Shown: positions 50,037 through 60,747, counted from the first letter of the stretch. The stretch is 64,000 nucleotides of DNA from Candidatus Bathyarchaeota archaeon (GCA_052246995.1 JBQPWD010000006.1:32001-96000); one strand, 5' to 3'. Notes: generated by a model from the sequence alone, not told the origin. Numbers and translations are program-made.

Positions 50037-51005
50037 ATGAGCATTAAACCTGAAATTTTAAGGTCAAAATTTATTGGTTCACTTTTAGGTTTAGCTGTAG
50101 GAGACGCTTTAGGGATGCCTGTTGAAGGTTTAACTGCCGAAGAGATTAAAGTGAAATTTGGAGTAGTTAAAGAGATGATGGATGGAAGATTACCAGCTGG
50201 ATGCTACACTGATGACACTGAAATGATGATAGGAGTTGCAGAGTCGCTTATAGAAAATAAAGGGTTTAATGGTGAGGATATGGTTAAAAAATTTATTAAA
50301 AATTTTAAACCTTGGAGAGGATACGGTTACGGGCCTACTAAAGTTTTAGAATTAGTTAAAAAAGGAGTTTCATGGGAAAAAGCTGCTGAAAAACTTTTTG
50401 GAGGAGAGGGATCATATGGTAACGGTGGAGCTATGAGGATAGCACCTGTAGGATTGCTTTACCATGATAATGTTGAAGTGTTAAGAAATGTTGCCTACAG
50501 GGTTGCTAAGATTACACATGCAAATAAGCTTGGAATGGAGGGTGGGGCTATTCAAGCTTATGGTGTAGCTTTAGCTGTTACGGAGAAACCTTATAAAAAC
50601 TTGGAAGTTGAAGCTTTTGCCACAAAACTTTGTACATTTAGTTGTGAAAACATTTTTAGGGAGAAGATTATGCTTGTTAAACAGTTACTTAAAAAACGTG
50701 TAAATAATTCTGAAGTTGTATTCAAGCTTGGAAATGGTATTGAAACATTTAACTCCGTAGTAACAGCTTTATACTGTTTTCTAGCAAACTATAAAAGTTT
50801 TGAGGATGCTGTTGTTTACGCTGTAAATTTGGGAGGAGATGCTGACACCATTGGAGCAATGACTGGAGCTGTAGCAGGAGCATACCATGGAGTTGAAGCT
50901 ATACCTAAGAGATGGCTGGCTAGGTTGGAGGGTAAAACGTATATTGAAGGTTTAGCTGAAAAGTTATGGATGGTCAGCATAACGAATAGAAAAAATGAAG
51001 AATGA
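50037..51005 (+). CDS. ADP-ribosylglycohydrolase family protein
   Basis: AVGDALG, YTDDTEM, SYGNGGAMR, GGDADT. Confidence 0.93.
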   Translation: MSIKPEILRSKFIGSLLGLAVGDALGMPVEGLTAEEIKVKFGVVKEMMDGRLPAGCYTDDTEMMIGVAESLIENKGFNGEDMVKKFIKNFKPWRGYGYGPTKVLELVKKGVSWEKAAEKLFGGEGSYGNGGAMRIAPVGLLYHDNVEVLRNVAYRVAKITHANKLGMEGGAIQAYGVALAVTEKPYKNLEVEAFATKLCTFSCENIFREKIMLVKQLLKKRVNNSEVVFKLGNGIETFNSVVTALYCFLANYKSFEDAVVYAVNLGGDADTIGAMTGAVAGAYHGVEAIPKRWLARLEGKTYIEGLAEKLWMVSITNRKNEE

Positions 51006-51059
51006 CTGCTTAATAGATAAAAAAATATATGTATAAGTACAAACAGTCTTTATATTGCC

Positions 51060-52772
51060 ATGGAAACTCTTTCTCATGACCTTGTAATTGTAGGTTCAGG
51101 TCTTGCAGGTCTTAGAGCTGCTATTGAAGCAGCTTACACCTCAAAATCTAAGCTGGATATAGCAATAATATCTAAAACTCACCTTATGCGTGCGCATTCT
51201 GTTTGTGCTGAAGGTGGCACAGCAGCTGTTCTAAGGCCCGAAGAAGGAGATAGTTTTGAGCTTCACGCATGGGATACTATTAAGGGAAGCGACTTTCTTG
51301 CTGACCAAGATGCCGTAGAAATATTTGTTAAAAGCATGCCTGAAGAAATATTTCTACTTGACCATTGGGGAATTCCTTGGAGTAGGAGAGAAGATGGAAA
51401 AATAGACCAAAGACCTTTTGGAGGTCATAGCTTTAACAGGGCTACCTATGCTGAAGATAGAACAGGATTCTATGAAATGCATACCCTTTACGACATTCTT
51501 CAAACATTTGAGAACGTAAAGGTTTACGAGGACCACTATGTAACATCCCTAATTGTTGAAAACGGAGAATTTAAAGGTTTAACAGCTTTAGACCTTAAAT
51601 CAGGTAAATTTATTGCTTTTAAGTCTAAAGCTGGAATAATCGCAACAGGTGGAGGGGCAAGATGTTACGCTTTCACAACATATTCACATCCAGCTACTGG
51701 CGATGGTATTGTTATGGCTTATAGAGCCGGAGTACCCATGAAAGATATGGAGTTCATTCAATTCCACCCTACGGGGCTTGTCCCCTCTGGAATACTGATA
51801 ACAGAGGCTGCAAGAGGTGAAGGTGGCTATTTAATCAACAGCAAGGGTGAACGTTTCATGAAAAAATATGCACCTGAACGTATGGAGCTTGCCCCAAGAG
51901 ATATTGTTTCAAGGTCAATCATAAGAGAAATTGAGGAGGGATGTGGATTTAAAGGACCTGATGGTTTAGATTATGTTCACCTAGACCTTACACACTTGGG
52001 CAAGGAAAAGATAGTTGAAAGGCTACCTCAAATACGTGAAGTTTGCCTTAAGTTTTTAGGAATAGATATTGTTAACGAACCTATACCTATCAGGCCTGCA
52101 GCCCACTACAACATGGGCGGTATCCATACAGATATTAACGGAGCTACACCGGTAAAGGGTTTATGGGCTGCGGGAGAGTGTGCATGTGTAAGTGTACATG
52201 GGGCAAATAGGCTTGGAACAAACTCCACTGCGGAATGCTTAGTTTGGGGTAAGATTACTGGTAGGGAGGCAGCAAAATATGCCATGTCCCATGAATCTGA
52301 ATCAAGCTTAGCTGGAGAGATGTTAAAAAGAGAGGAGGATAGAGTTTATGGTTTTATGCGTAAGGAAAGTGGAGAAAACAGTTATGGAATTTTAAGGGAG
52401 CTTAGAAGCCTTATGGATAGATATGTTGGAATATTTAGGAAGGGGGATGAGCTAGAACTAGCCGTAAAAAGGATTAAAGAGTTGAAGGAGAGGTTTAACA
52501 ATGCCACAGTTTATGATAAAAGTAGCGTTTACAACACAGACCTTATAGCTATGCTTGAACTTGACAACCTACTCACTATAGCTGAAGTTGTTGCGACTGG
52601 CGCCCTTCTTAGAAAGGAGTCTAGAGGAGCTCACGCTAGACGAGACTATCCTAAACGTGATGATGAAAATTGGCTTAAACATACATTAGCATACTGGAGG
52701 GTTGATGGGATTAGATTTGAGTACCTACCTGTAACGATTACAAGGTGGAAACCTGTAGAAAGAAAGTACTAG
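51060..52772 (+). CDS. sdhA: Succinate dehydrogenase / fumarate reductase flavoprotein subunit
   Basis: GSGLAG, RAHSVCAEGG (covalent-FAD His), QFHPT, ELAPRD, HGANRLG, ESRGAH. Confidence 0.93.
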   Translation: METLSHDLVIVGSGLAGLRAAIEAAYTSKSKLDIAIISKTHLMRAHSVCAEGGTAAVLRPEEGDSFELHAWDTIKGSDFLADQDAVEIFVKSMPEEIFLLDHWGIPWSRREDGKIDQRPFGGHSFNRATYAEDRTGFYEMHTLYDILQTFENVKVYEDHYVTSLIVENGEFKGLTALDLKSGKFIAFKSKAGIIATGGGARCYAFTTYSHPATGDGIVMAYRAGVPMKDMEFIQFHPTGLVPSGILITEAARGEGGYLINSKGERFMKKYAPERMELAPRDIVSRSIIREIEEGCGFKGPDGLDYVHLDLTHLGKEKIVERLPQIREVCLKFLGIDIVNEPIPIRPAAHYNMGGIHTDINGATPVKGLWAAGECACVSVHGANRLGTNSTAECLVWGKITGREAAKYAMSHESESSLAGEMLKREEDRVYGFMRKESGENSYGILRELRSLMDRYVGIFRKGDELELAVKRIKELKERFNNATVYDKSSVYNTDLIAMLELDNLLTIAEVVATGALLRKESRGAHARRDYPKRDDENWLKHTLAYWRVDGIRFEYLPVTITRWKPVERKY

Positions 52773-52789
52773 TTTTTGAGGGGAGGTAA

Positions 52790-54373
52790 ATGAGTACGGT
52801 AAAAGCTGAAAAAGTTGTAAAGTTTAAAATTCAAAGGTTTGACCCCTCAAAAGATGAGAAACCATATTTTATAGAGTATGAAGTCCCGATTGTTAAAGGA
52901 ACAACAATACTTGATGCTTTAATATATATAAAGCAGAACCTTGATAGTACGCTATCCATGAGATATTCGTGCAGAATGGGCATCTGCGGCTCATGTGCAA
53001 TGATTATTAACGGAATTCCTAGGCTTGCATGTGAAACACAAGTGCTTCAACTTGGAGAAGATGTTGTAGAAATTCAGCCGTTATCAAGTTTTCCACATGT
53101 AAGGGATCTTATCACCGATTTTAAAACGTTCTTTGCTAAGCATAAAAAGGTTAAAAGTTTCCTTATAAGGAAAGATGTTAAAGAACAGTTTAACCCTAAA
53201 GCTGAATACCTACAGCCTAAGGAAAAATTGAAGGAAATTTTGCCCTATACTAGATGTATTACGTGTGGAGTGTGTTATGCGTCATGCCCGGTAATAATTA
53301 AGAATGAAGGTTTCCTTGGTCCGGAAGCGTTAGCTAAGGCTTACCGCTACATTAGTGATTCTAGAGATGAGGGTGTTGAGAAAAGAATACCGACCTTGGA
53401 AGAGTATCCCCATGGCTGCTGGAGTTGTACAACCTGTTCAACATGTAAATTAAATTGTCCTAAAGAGGTTAGCGGTGTTGACTCGGTTATTAACATAAGG
53501 TCAATAATGACAGAAAAAGGTAAAATTCAGCCAACTCTTAGAGATGCGTTGGAAAGCATGTATCTACATGGTAACCCTTGGGGTAGGATTAGAGATAAAA
53601 GGTCAGCGTGGATACAGGACCAGAATCTAAGTATAAAGGATTTTTCAAAGGGTGAAAAAGCAGAATTATGTTGGTTTGTTGGTTGTACTCCAGCTTATGA
53701 CCCAAGAGTTCAGCAGGTTGCAGGAGCATTAGCAAGGATTTTACAAAAAGCTAACACTAATTTTGCTGTTCTGGGGAATGAGGAAAGTTGCTGTGGTAAT
53801 GAAGCTTATAATGTGGGGGAAATGGGGTTGTTCGATGAATTAAAAGAAGCTAATTTAAAACTTTTTGAGAAGTACAACATAGGTAGAGTTATAACTACAA
53901 GCCCACACTGTTATAATGCCTTTAGGAGTAGGTATGGTAAAATAAGTTTTGAAGTTCAACATTACACCCAATACTTAGCTGAATTGATTGAGAAGGGTAA
54001 ACTTAAATTTTCAAGGAAAGTTGAGAAAGTTGTAACTTACCATGACCCATGCTACCTTGGAAAAATTAATGAAGTTTACGAGGCGCCAAGGAAGGTTATT
54101 GAAAGTATTCCAGGAGTTAAATTTAAAGAACTACCTAGGTCTAGGAGAATGAGTTTATGCTGTGAAGGAGGAGGCGGGCTTATGTGGATGGATGTTCCAA
54201 CACCAAGACTTGGGGAATTTAGGGTTAAAGAGGCCATTGAAGTTGGCGCTGAGGTAATTCTTGTTTCATGTCCATTCTGCATGATAAACTTGGAGGATGC
54301 TGTTAAAACCACGGGCAATGAAGATAAGATTAAAGTTTTAGATGTGGCAGAGTTTCTTCTTGAAGAAATCTAA
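52790..54373 (+). CDS. SdhB/FrdB Fe-S subunit fused to two CCG (HdrD-like) domains, TfrB-like
   Basis: CRMGICGSC [2Fe-2S]; two CxxCxxCxxxCP motifs; ESCCG and YHDPC...CCEGGG...SCPFC. Confidence 0.88.
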   Translation: MSTVKAEKVVKFKIQRFDPSKDEKPYFIEYEVPIVKGTTILDALIYIKQNLDSTLSMRYSCRMGICGSCAMIINGIPRLACETQVLQLGEDVVEIQPLSSFPHVRDLITDFKTFFAKHKKVKSFLIRKDVKEQFNPKAEYLQPKEKLKEILPYTRCITCGVCYASCPVIIKNEGFLGPEALAKAYRYISDSRDEGVEKRIPTLEEYPHGCWSCTTCSTCKLNCPKEVSGVDSVINIRSIMTEKGKIQPTLRDALESMYLHGNPWGRIRDKRSAWIQDQNLSIKDFSKGEKAELCWFVGCTPAYDPRVQQVAGALARILQKANTNFAVLGNEESCCGNEAYNVGEMGLFDELKEANLKLFEKYNIGRVITTSPHCYNAFRSRYGKISFEVQHYTQYLAELIEKGKLKFSRKVEKVVTYHDPCYLGKINEVYEAPRKVIESIPGVKFKELPRSRRMSLCCEGGGGLMWMDVPTPRLGEFRVKEAIEVGAEVILVSCPFCMINLEDAVKTTGNEDKIKVLDVAEFLLEEI

Positions 54374-54480
54374 ATATTTAACATTTTTTACATTAAGTAA
54401 AAAAAGCTGTCGGTAAATAATGACAAGTTAACAGAAACTGTTTATAAAAATTAATAAACTTTTAGAAACTATTTAACTGT

Positions 54481-54894
54481 ATGCCTCTTCCAAGCTTTAC
54501 GTTAACATTTTACATAAAGCTTTTCGCGTTTTTAGTGTCATGGGTAATAGTGTCCTTAGCAGTTTACTTTGCAGGAAGGGTTATCGTTGGCGAAAAAGCA
54601 AAGTTTACCCGTTCGCTGCTGTTAACACTCGTAGGTGTAGTTATAATTAGTCTTTTCGCCATATTTACCATAACATTGCTTGGAAGGGTTATAGGTTTTA
54701 TACTAACTATGATTATTTGGCTTTGGTTAATAAGATACTTTTTTAATACAGGTTGGCTTGCAGCTTTAGGAGTTGCTGTTCTCTCAGTTTTTATGTTTAT
54801 AGTCATACTACTAATTTTAGGGTTTATTTTAGGCTTAACAGGGTTGTTAACTCTAACTTACCAACCTGGAGGTTTACATTTACCATGGATTTAA
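54481..54894 (+). CDS. Four-TM membrane protein
   Basis: Almost entirely hydrophobic; F.TGWLAAL motif. Confidence 0.7.
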   Translation: MPLPSFTLTFYIKLFAFLVSWVIVSLAVYFAGRVIVGEKAKFTRSLLLTLVGVVIISLFAIFTITLLGRVIGFILTMIIWLWLIRYFFNTGWLAALGVAVLSVFMFIVILLILGFILGLTGLLTLTYQPGGLHLPWI

Positions 54895-54908
54895 ATACAT
54901 AAGTAGGG

Positions 54909-55625
54909 CTAGGTTAGGTCGCCACACGCACATTTAACCTCATAAAGCATTGTTAAAAGTTCATTAAACCCATTCCAAGTTTTTGCTGAAACTAGGGGTA
55001 TCCTTTGAGGAGGAAAAAACTTTTTAACTATGTTTGCAACCTCAAAATCTAGTTCTTCCCTTAAACTTTTACTTCTTTCAAATAAAAGAAGGGGGTTTTC
55101 AAGAAACATCCTAGTCTTTTTGACTTCATCTTTGCTTAGAAGGTCAACTTTATTCAATATAACAATAGATTCAACATTTAACGTGTATTTTGCTACAAGC
55201 GAGTAAAGATAAAAACCTATAAGATTTTGTCTTGAGGCTGTAAGGTCGACAATAAAGATAGAGGTACAGTCGTTAAGTTTTTCAACAATTTTTCTTCCAG
55301 AGTCTCTAAAAATAAATGGTTCAAGCTGCCCAGGAGTGTCAACAAAAGTAAAATCTACATTATCAAAGCTTGGAAAGCATACATCAGCAAGCATATCCAT
55401 AGCCTTAATAATAGCACCGTTAGGCCCCAAACCATCAGTTCGCATAATCTTTTCAACAGTAAATTTTTCACGAATATCAAAGTCAGGGTTATAGGGAGTT
55501 TCAAGAACCCCTGGGTCCAGATTTATATACTTAACACTATAACCTTCATTTTCAAGATAAAGACCGAAATTTTTTGTTAACAAACTTTTACCTGAACCTG
55601 CGGGTCCCAAGATAAGGATGTTCAT
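54909..55625 (-). CDS. GPN-loop GTPase
   Basis: GPAGSGKS, NLDPG, GLGPNG, DTPGQ, NKVD. Confidence 0.92.
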   Translation of the reverse strand: MNILILGPAGSGKSLLTKNFGLYLENEGYSVKYINLDPGVLETPYNPDFDIREKFTVEKIMRTDGLGPNGAIIKAMDMLADVCFPSFDNVDFTFVDTPGQLEPFIFRDSGRKIVEKLNDCTSIFIVDLTASRQNLIGFYLYSLVAKYTLNVESIVILNKVDLLSKDEVKKTRMFLENPLLLFERSKSLREELDFEVANIVKKFFPPQRIPLVSAKTWNGFNELLTMLYEVKCACGDLT

Positions 55626-55696
55626 TTTATAGGTTTAAAGTTGCTCTTACTCTTAAAGTTTATAAAATAAAAACTTACAATTATTGAGAGAATAAA

Positions 55697-56128
55697 TTGA
55701 TTGGAAGTTACATATTAATTTTAAGTTTAGGGAAAGATTGCAGGTTAAAAATTGGAAGTTTAGGTTTTTTAAACTTTAAAAAAGGTTATTACTGCTATGT
55801 TGGTTCAGCTTTAGGTAGAAACATCAGCATAGAAAACCGTGTTGAAAGATATAAAAAAATTGCTGAAAAGAAAAATGGAAGGGTAAGGTGGCATATAGAC
55901 TACCTTCTCGTTTGTAAACACACAAAACTTTTAGAATCTATACTTATACCATCCAAAACTAGAATTGAATGTAAGGTTTCAAAGATAGTTGAAAGTTTGG
56001 CTGACAAGGTTATACAAGACTTTGGAGCATCAGATTGCAGGATGGGCTGTAAAGGACACCTATACTACTTTAAGCATAATCCATTAACAATTTTAACCAA
56101 AATAGGATGGAAACGTTTTAAACTTTAA
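55697..56128 (+). CDS. GIY-YIG (Uri/DUF123) nuclease family protein
   Basis: GSYIL, GYYCYVGSA, RWHIDYL, EC, FGASDC..GC..HL. Confidence 0.88.
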   Translation: MIGSYILILSLGKDCRLKIGSLGFLNFKKGYYCYVGSALGRNISIENRVERYKKIAEKKNGRVRWHIDYLLVCKHTKLLESILIPSKTRIECKVSKIVESLADKVIQDFGASDCRMGCKGHLYYFKHNPLTILTKIGWKRFKL

Positions 56129-56184
56129 AAGGTAAAAAGTTAAGGTTAAGGTTTCTCTTACTTAATTTTATAGTCTTCCACGAA

Positions 56185-56475
56185 CTACGCTGACGGCTTC
56201 TCTACGGATATTTCTATTATGCTTACGTTTGATTTCTTGCCTTCTCTTTCAACAACTTCTGTTCCAATGTTTATGTCTTTGACAACAAGGTCTTTTATGA
56301 AAGCTCTTTTCAAAAGTTCGACAACATCTACAGCTTTACTTATTGCTGCACCTCTAGCTTTCAAAACAACGTTTGTAATACCTTGGTTGAAGAACGTTAT
56401 ACATGCAACAACATAGTTCATTACAGGTTTTTTACCAACTAAAACAACATTTGTTTTTGATTCTTGCTGAGACAT
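56185..56475 (-). CDS. albA: Chromatin protein Alba
   Basis: [29 protein letters not shown]; start at MSQQ after SD GAGGTGA. Confidence 0.95.
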   Translation of the reverse strand: MSQQESKTNVVLVGKKPVMNYVVACITFFNQGITNVVLKARGAAISKAVDVVELLKRAFIKDLVVKDINIGTEVVEREGKKSNVSIIEISVEKPSA

Positions 56476-56636
56476 AACATTTCTCACCTCTTTCTAGTTA
56501 TTTTGAATTTTTGAGTATTCTACCAATGACCATTTATCCACAGCTAGGTCTTATCCTAAGGTTTATAAGGACTATTTATTTAAAGTTTACTTTTAAGCTT
56601 ATTTATGGTCTAAAAATTATGGGTTTTAAGCTTAAA

Positions 56637-57815
56637 TTAACCCTCCCTTTCAAGTAAAGTTGCAACCCCCTGCCCTCCACCAACGCATGCTGCGGCTACA
56701 CCATACCTTGCACCTTTAAGGTTTAATATTCTAGCTAAAGTTCCAACAATTCTTACACCTGTCATACCTAGCGGATGGCCTAATGCTATAGCACCACCTT
56801 TAATATTCACCTTTTCATAAGGGATTCCTAACTCTTTGATAACATGTAATGTTACAACAGCAAAAGCCTCATTAACCTCCCAAAAGTCTATATCACTAAC
56901 GCTTAATCCAGTTTTAGATAGAAGCTTTTTTACAGCTTCAGCAGAACCTTTACCCATAAGCGTCGGGTCAACACCAACCCAACTCATTCCCTTAATTTTT
57001 GCTAAAGGTTTAACCCCGTACTCTTTAGCTTTTTCTTTGGACATCAAAAGGATAGCGGCAGCACCGTCATTTAATGGTGAAGAATTTCCTGCAGTAATTA
57101 CACCTCTAGGTTTAAATGCTGGGGGTAAACTTGAAATTTTTTCAAGGGTTGTATCAGGTCTAACGCTTAAATCCTTATCAACAACTATTTTCCGTCCATC
57201 TGGAAGGGAAACTTCTATGGGAATTATTTCTTCTTTAAAATATCCTTCTTCATAAGCTTTTGCGGCTAATTGATGGCTACGTAGAGACCATCTGTCCATC
57301 TCCTCTTTACTGATATGAGATTCTTCAGCAAGTTTTTCAGCGGTTAATCCCATACTTATACCTATAGACCAGTCAAATCTTTTTTCTTCGTTAACAAATT
57401 TCTGGTTAATGTTTACATTATAACCCATAGGTATATGGGTCATATGTTCATACCCTCCAGCAATAACAACATCAGAATATCCACACATAATCTCCATAGC
57501 ACCTACATGAATTGCTGACATTGAGGAGCCACACTGTCTATCAATAGCCATGGCAGAGGTTTTTAACGGTAACCCTGCCGCGAGACTGATAAGTCTTCCA
57601 CCATAACTCCATTGTTCTGCCGTCTGATTGGAACATCCAAGAATACATTCATCAACATCTTCAAGTTTAATATCTACTTTCTTAACAAGCTCCTTAATAA
57701 CAGTCACGATAAGCTCGTCTGAGCGTATCCAGTTAAACAAGTCTCTTTCAGGTTCTGTTGGACGAGCCCTAGAAATTGGAGTTCTTAGATAGGAAACAAT
57801 TACCGCCTCCTTCAA
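56637..57815 (-). CDS. Acetyl-CoA C-acyltransferase (bacterial-type thiolase)
   Basis: RQCGSS, TAGNSSPLNDGA, EVNEAFA, GHPLG, CVGGGQG. Confidence 0.95.
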   Translation of the reverse strand: MKEAVIVSYLRTPISRARPTEPERDLFNWIRSDELIVTVIKELVKKVDIKLEDVDECILGCSNQTAEQWSYGGRLISLAAGLPLKTSAMAIDRQCGSSMSAIHVGAMEIMCGYSDVVIAGGYEHMTHIPMGYNVNINQKFVNEEKRFDWSIGISMGLTAEKLAEESHISKEEMDRWSLRSHQLAAKAYEEGYFKEEIIPIEVSLPDGRKIVVDKDLSVRPDTTLEKISSLPPAFKPRGVITAGNSSPLNDGAAAILLMSKEKAKEYGVKPLAKIKGMSWVGVDPTLMGKGSAEAVKKLLSKTGLSVSDIDFWEVNEAFAVVTLHVIKELGIPYEKVNIKGGAIALGHPLGMTGVRIVGTLARILNLKGARYGVAAACVGGGQGVATLLEREG

Positions 57816-57877
57816 TTTAACATAACCTCCAATTAAATAGCGGGTTAATTAAAGTTTAAAATAGTATCCTTTTTTCA

Positions 57878-57894
57878 GGAGAAAACTTTTCTCC
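57878..57894. promoter_or_regulatory. Perfect 8-1-8 inverted repeat in a divergent promoter
   Basis: GGAGAAAA-C-TTTTCTCC. Confidence 0.45.
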
Positions 57895-57959
57895 GTAAAC
57901 TTGATTAGCAAATTTATCTATAACCTTTAACAATCCTTACTTAGCATTGTTGACAGGCA

Positions 57960-58646
57960 ATGTTTACCAGCCAGATGATAACGCTATCGGTACTAACATT
58001 TGCTACTCTGCTTTCAGTTATACCCGCTTTGCTAGTGTTTATTTTAATTGCAAAAAGAAACAAAAATTTATGGTTTTCATTTATTTTCGGCGGGTTTGGA
58101 TGGGCTGGAGCATTAATCTTGCGTTTAATTCCTCTTCAAGTTCCAATTCTTTTTTACGACACATCTTTTCTCATCTCCAGTATATACTATTTTGCCTATA
58201 CTGCATTGTTGGCGGGGTTTTTTGAAGAGGTGGTACGTTACATTTTACTTAGTAAAGTTAAGCTTACAAGGTTAAGTTTAAAAAACGTTTTATCCTTTGG
58301 TTTGGGTTGAGGGTTCATGGAGGCGTTGCTTGTTTATGTTTTTGGACTTTTACCGCTTCTTTATCTTGGATACAACTTAACATTAATGGATATTTTACCA
58401 GGAGTGGTTGAGAGGAATATCGCAATACTTTTGCACATATCTTTAACGTTTATAGTTTTTAGTAGTTTTTTTGCAGGTAGGAGACTTCTTTTAATTGCTG
58501 TGTCTTTTCACAGTATGGTAGACTTTATAGCCTCATACCTTTTCCGCATCATAAATTTACCTTTATGGTATGTTGAACTAGTAATCTTGCTGGCAGCTTT
58601 GGTTATAACTGTTTATGCATATACCCTTGTAAGAAGGTTAAAGTAA
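57960..58646 (+). pseudogene. YhfC-family intramembrane metalloprotease interrupted by an in-frame TGA (58308-58310)
   Basis: AGFFEEVVRY, then GLG*GFMEA, ER...H, H...D motifs, all in one frame. Confidence 0.75.
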
Positions 58647-58772
58647 AAGTAAACCTTCACTTAAGTTTGGTCAACATCGTCAATAAAAGCTAATATAAGG
58701 ATGCTATAAAAATAGCAGGCTATGAATACCGCAAAACCTCTCTTGAAAGAGATGCAGACTGTGTTAAGTAGC

Positions 58773-60029
58773 CTAACCAGGCTTCTTTCCTAAGTACTCG
58801 CATATCCTCTTCGAAACCTTAACAGCCAAAGCCATTATAAGCAGTATTGGCGGCTTTCCAAGCGGTGGAGGTATTAAGCTAGCATCAGCTACAAACACAC
58901 CATCACAGCCATTTATAGTCAGATCACTAGAAACTACGTAGCCTATTGCTGCCGTTCCACCTGGATGAGCTCCCCTTACATGAGTCAGGACAACATCCTC
59001 ATCCTTAACACCTAATTCAAAAAGCAAGTTCTTGGCTTTTTCAATTCCCATTTCAAGGATTTTTATGTCCCTCCTCGACATGTAAGGTTCAACAACTCCG
59101 TCAGGCCATACCACCCCCCTACCTTCATCAGCCACCTTTACCATAACGGATGCAATACTCTTACCCTCATGGTCAATACCCTTCATTGTCAGCTGAGACG
59201 ACAAAAGACCTGAATAATGAGGTGAGAGTAAGAAGTTACCGCAATCAGCGTAGGCAGCCATTGGAATTCCGTTACTTGCAGAAGGTCCATCATAAGGTCC
59301 ACCTACTGTAACAAACGGATCTATGAAGAGGTTTTTTCCAATATTCTCATCATTATGAAGTTGAGCTAGAAGTTGAGGTGTTTCAATCGCACCAGCAGCT
59401 AAAACAAGAGCCTTACACTTAATTCTAACCCTCTCATCCATCATAACTCCTTCCACAACTATCTCTCCTTGACCGGACTTGTGTAGCCTGTCAACCGTAA
59501 AACGGTTTAATAAAACTAAACCATGTTGTACACTCATCCTGACAAGGTCAAGAGCAGTATACTTTGCGTTTTTCAGACAGCCATAAGCACATTTACCGCA
59601 ACCAACACATTTGATAAAGTCAATAGACTTCGGCATAATTCTTGCTTCCAGCCCAATCCTCTTGCTAACCTCGATGAACTTAACAGCAAACAATGGCAAC
59701 TTATCCGGGGGAATATTAGCAACGTGCATAAGCCTACATACCTCATCAACCTCAGCCGTTAAGTCGATGCCAAGCCTCTTAAACCTGCTAATTAACGCTT
59801 TTGTGGTAAGCATGTTTCCAAACGATACAAGTGTTGAACCTCCTACACACTTACACCTAAGTATCTCGATTGGAGATAGAGTAGGGTGGTAGCCTAAATG
59901 TGCTTTTTCGAGACCTACATCCCCGCTTGACTCTAGTAGAGCTACCTTAAACCCCCAACGTGTAAGCTTGTATGACACGGTACTACCTCCAGCACCACTA
60001 CCCACAACACTCACATCAACGTTCATCAT
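58773..60029 (-). CDS. GMC-family oxidoreductase with 4Fe-4S motif
   Basis: GSGAGG, VGGST, CVGCGKCAYGC, LAAGAIETP, HPGGT, VADAS. Confidence 0.88.
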   Translation of the reverse strand: MMNVDVSVVGSGAGGSTVSYKLTRWGFKVALLESSGDVGLEKAHLGYHPTLSPIEILRCKCVGGSTLVSFGNMLTTKALISRFKRLGIDLTAEVDEVCRLMHVANIPPDKLPLFAVKFIEVSKRIGLEARIMPKSIDFIKCVGCGKCAYGCLKNAKYTALDLVRMSVQHGLVLLNRFTVDRLHKSGQGEIVVEGVMMDERVRIKCKALVLAAGAIETPQLLAQLHNDENIGKNLFIDPFVTVGGPYDGPSASNGIPMAAYADCGNFLLSPHYSGLLSSQLTMKGIDHEGKSIASVMVKVADEGRGVVWPDGVVEPYMSRRDIKILEMGIEKAKNLLFELGVKDEDVVLTHVRGAHPGGTAAIGYVVSSDLTINGCDGVFVADASLIPPPLGKPPILLIMALAVKVSKRICEYLGKKPG

Positions 60030-60292
60030 GATTTAACCACTCATATAACATAGTCTACAAAAAACTATATGAATATCAAAGTTACACCTTTTATAGCTAC
60101 TCGAGAATAAACAGCATCCCTAAACTTAAAAAAAAGTCTACTGCTTTAAGCACCTTAATTTTCCATGCCCACACCGTAGTATTTGCTGATGCTTTATTTT
60201 GTGTACCGTTCAAAAAGTTTTAACAACAATTTCAAGCCTTGTTTGAAGTTGATGAATTGAGTTGCCTTTTTAATTGGTTTAAAATTAGAGGT

Positions 60293-60478
60293 TTAGCTTG
60301 TTAAATAGTTGATTTTTAAACGTTTTCTTTTTACAGCTACAATTCTCTCCTCTTCTCCTATCTTTTTACCGCATCCTCTGCATACGATAGTTTTCTCACT
60401 ATTTAGGTAGCCACAGTGGATGCATGGAAGATAAGCAACCATCAGGTTTTCCCTTAAGTGGTAGGATAAAACTACCAA
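60293..60478 (-). CDS. Small zinc-ribbon protein
   Basis: CIHCG...CRGCG; true start may be the internal ATG (MVAYL). Confidence 0.5.
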   Translation of the reverse strand: MVVLSYHLRENLMVAYLPCIHCGYLNSEKTIVCRGCGKKIGEEERIVAVKRKRLKINYLTS

Positions 60479-60747
60479 ATCACTATATCATTAAACAATT
60501 ATATTAATGGTTAAAACATCAAAAGCTATGTTTTAAATCTAAAAGTTGGTTAAGTTAGGCTTATTTAAGACAAGAAGTTTAAAAAATAGTTAGGTAAAAA
60601 TGTTAAAGTTTTATAAGATTAAGATAATCATGAACTTAAGTGTAAGGGTTTATGGTTCATCTCTCTACAACATGTACCTATGAAAAATGTTGTATACATC
60701 TGTAAGTTTTAGCATAACCAGGTTGGAGGGGTTGAAAAACTTTTTCA

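Noticed and set aside
48130-56128. EndoQ, ADP-ribosylglycohydrolase and GIY-YIG as a defence island
   Set aside because: Not contiguous, interspersed with housekeeping genes, and all are common stand-alone archaeal genes
30229-58310. Genome-wide stop-codon reassignment suggested by the in-frame TAG and TGA
   Set aside because: TAG (carB, sdhA) and TGA (pheS, amrS) end conserved genes at their expected C-termini; no SECIS-like or Cys-equivalent context for the TGA
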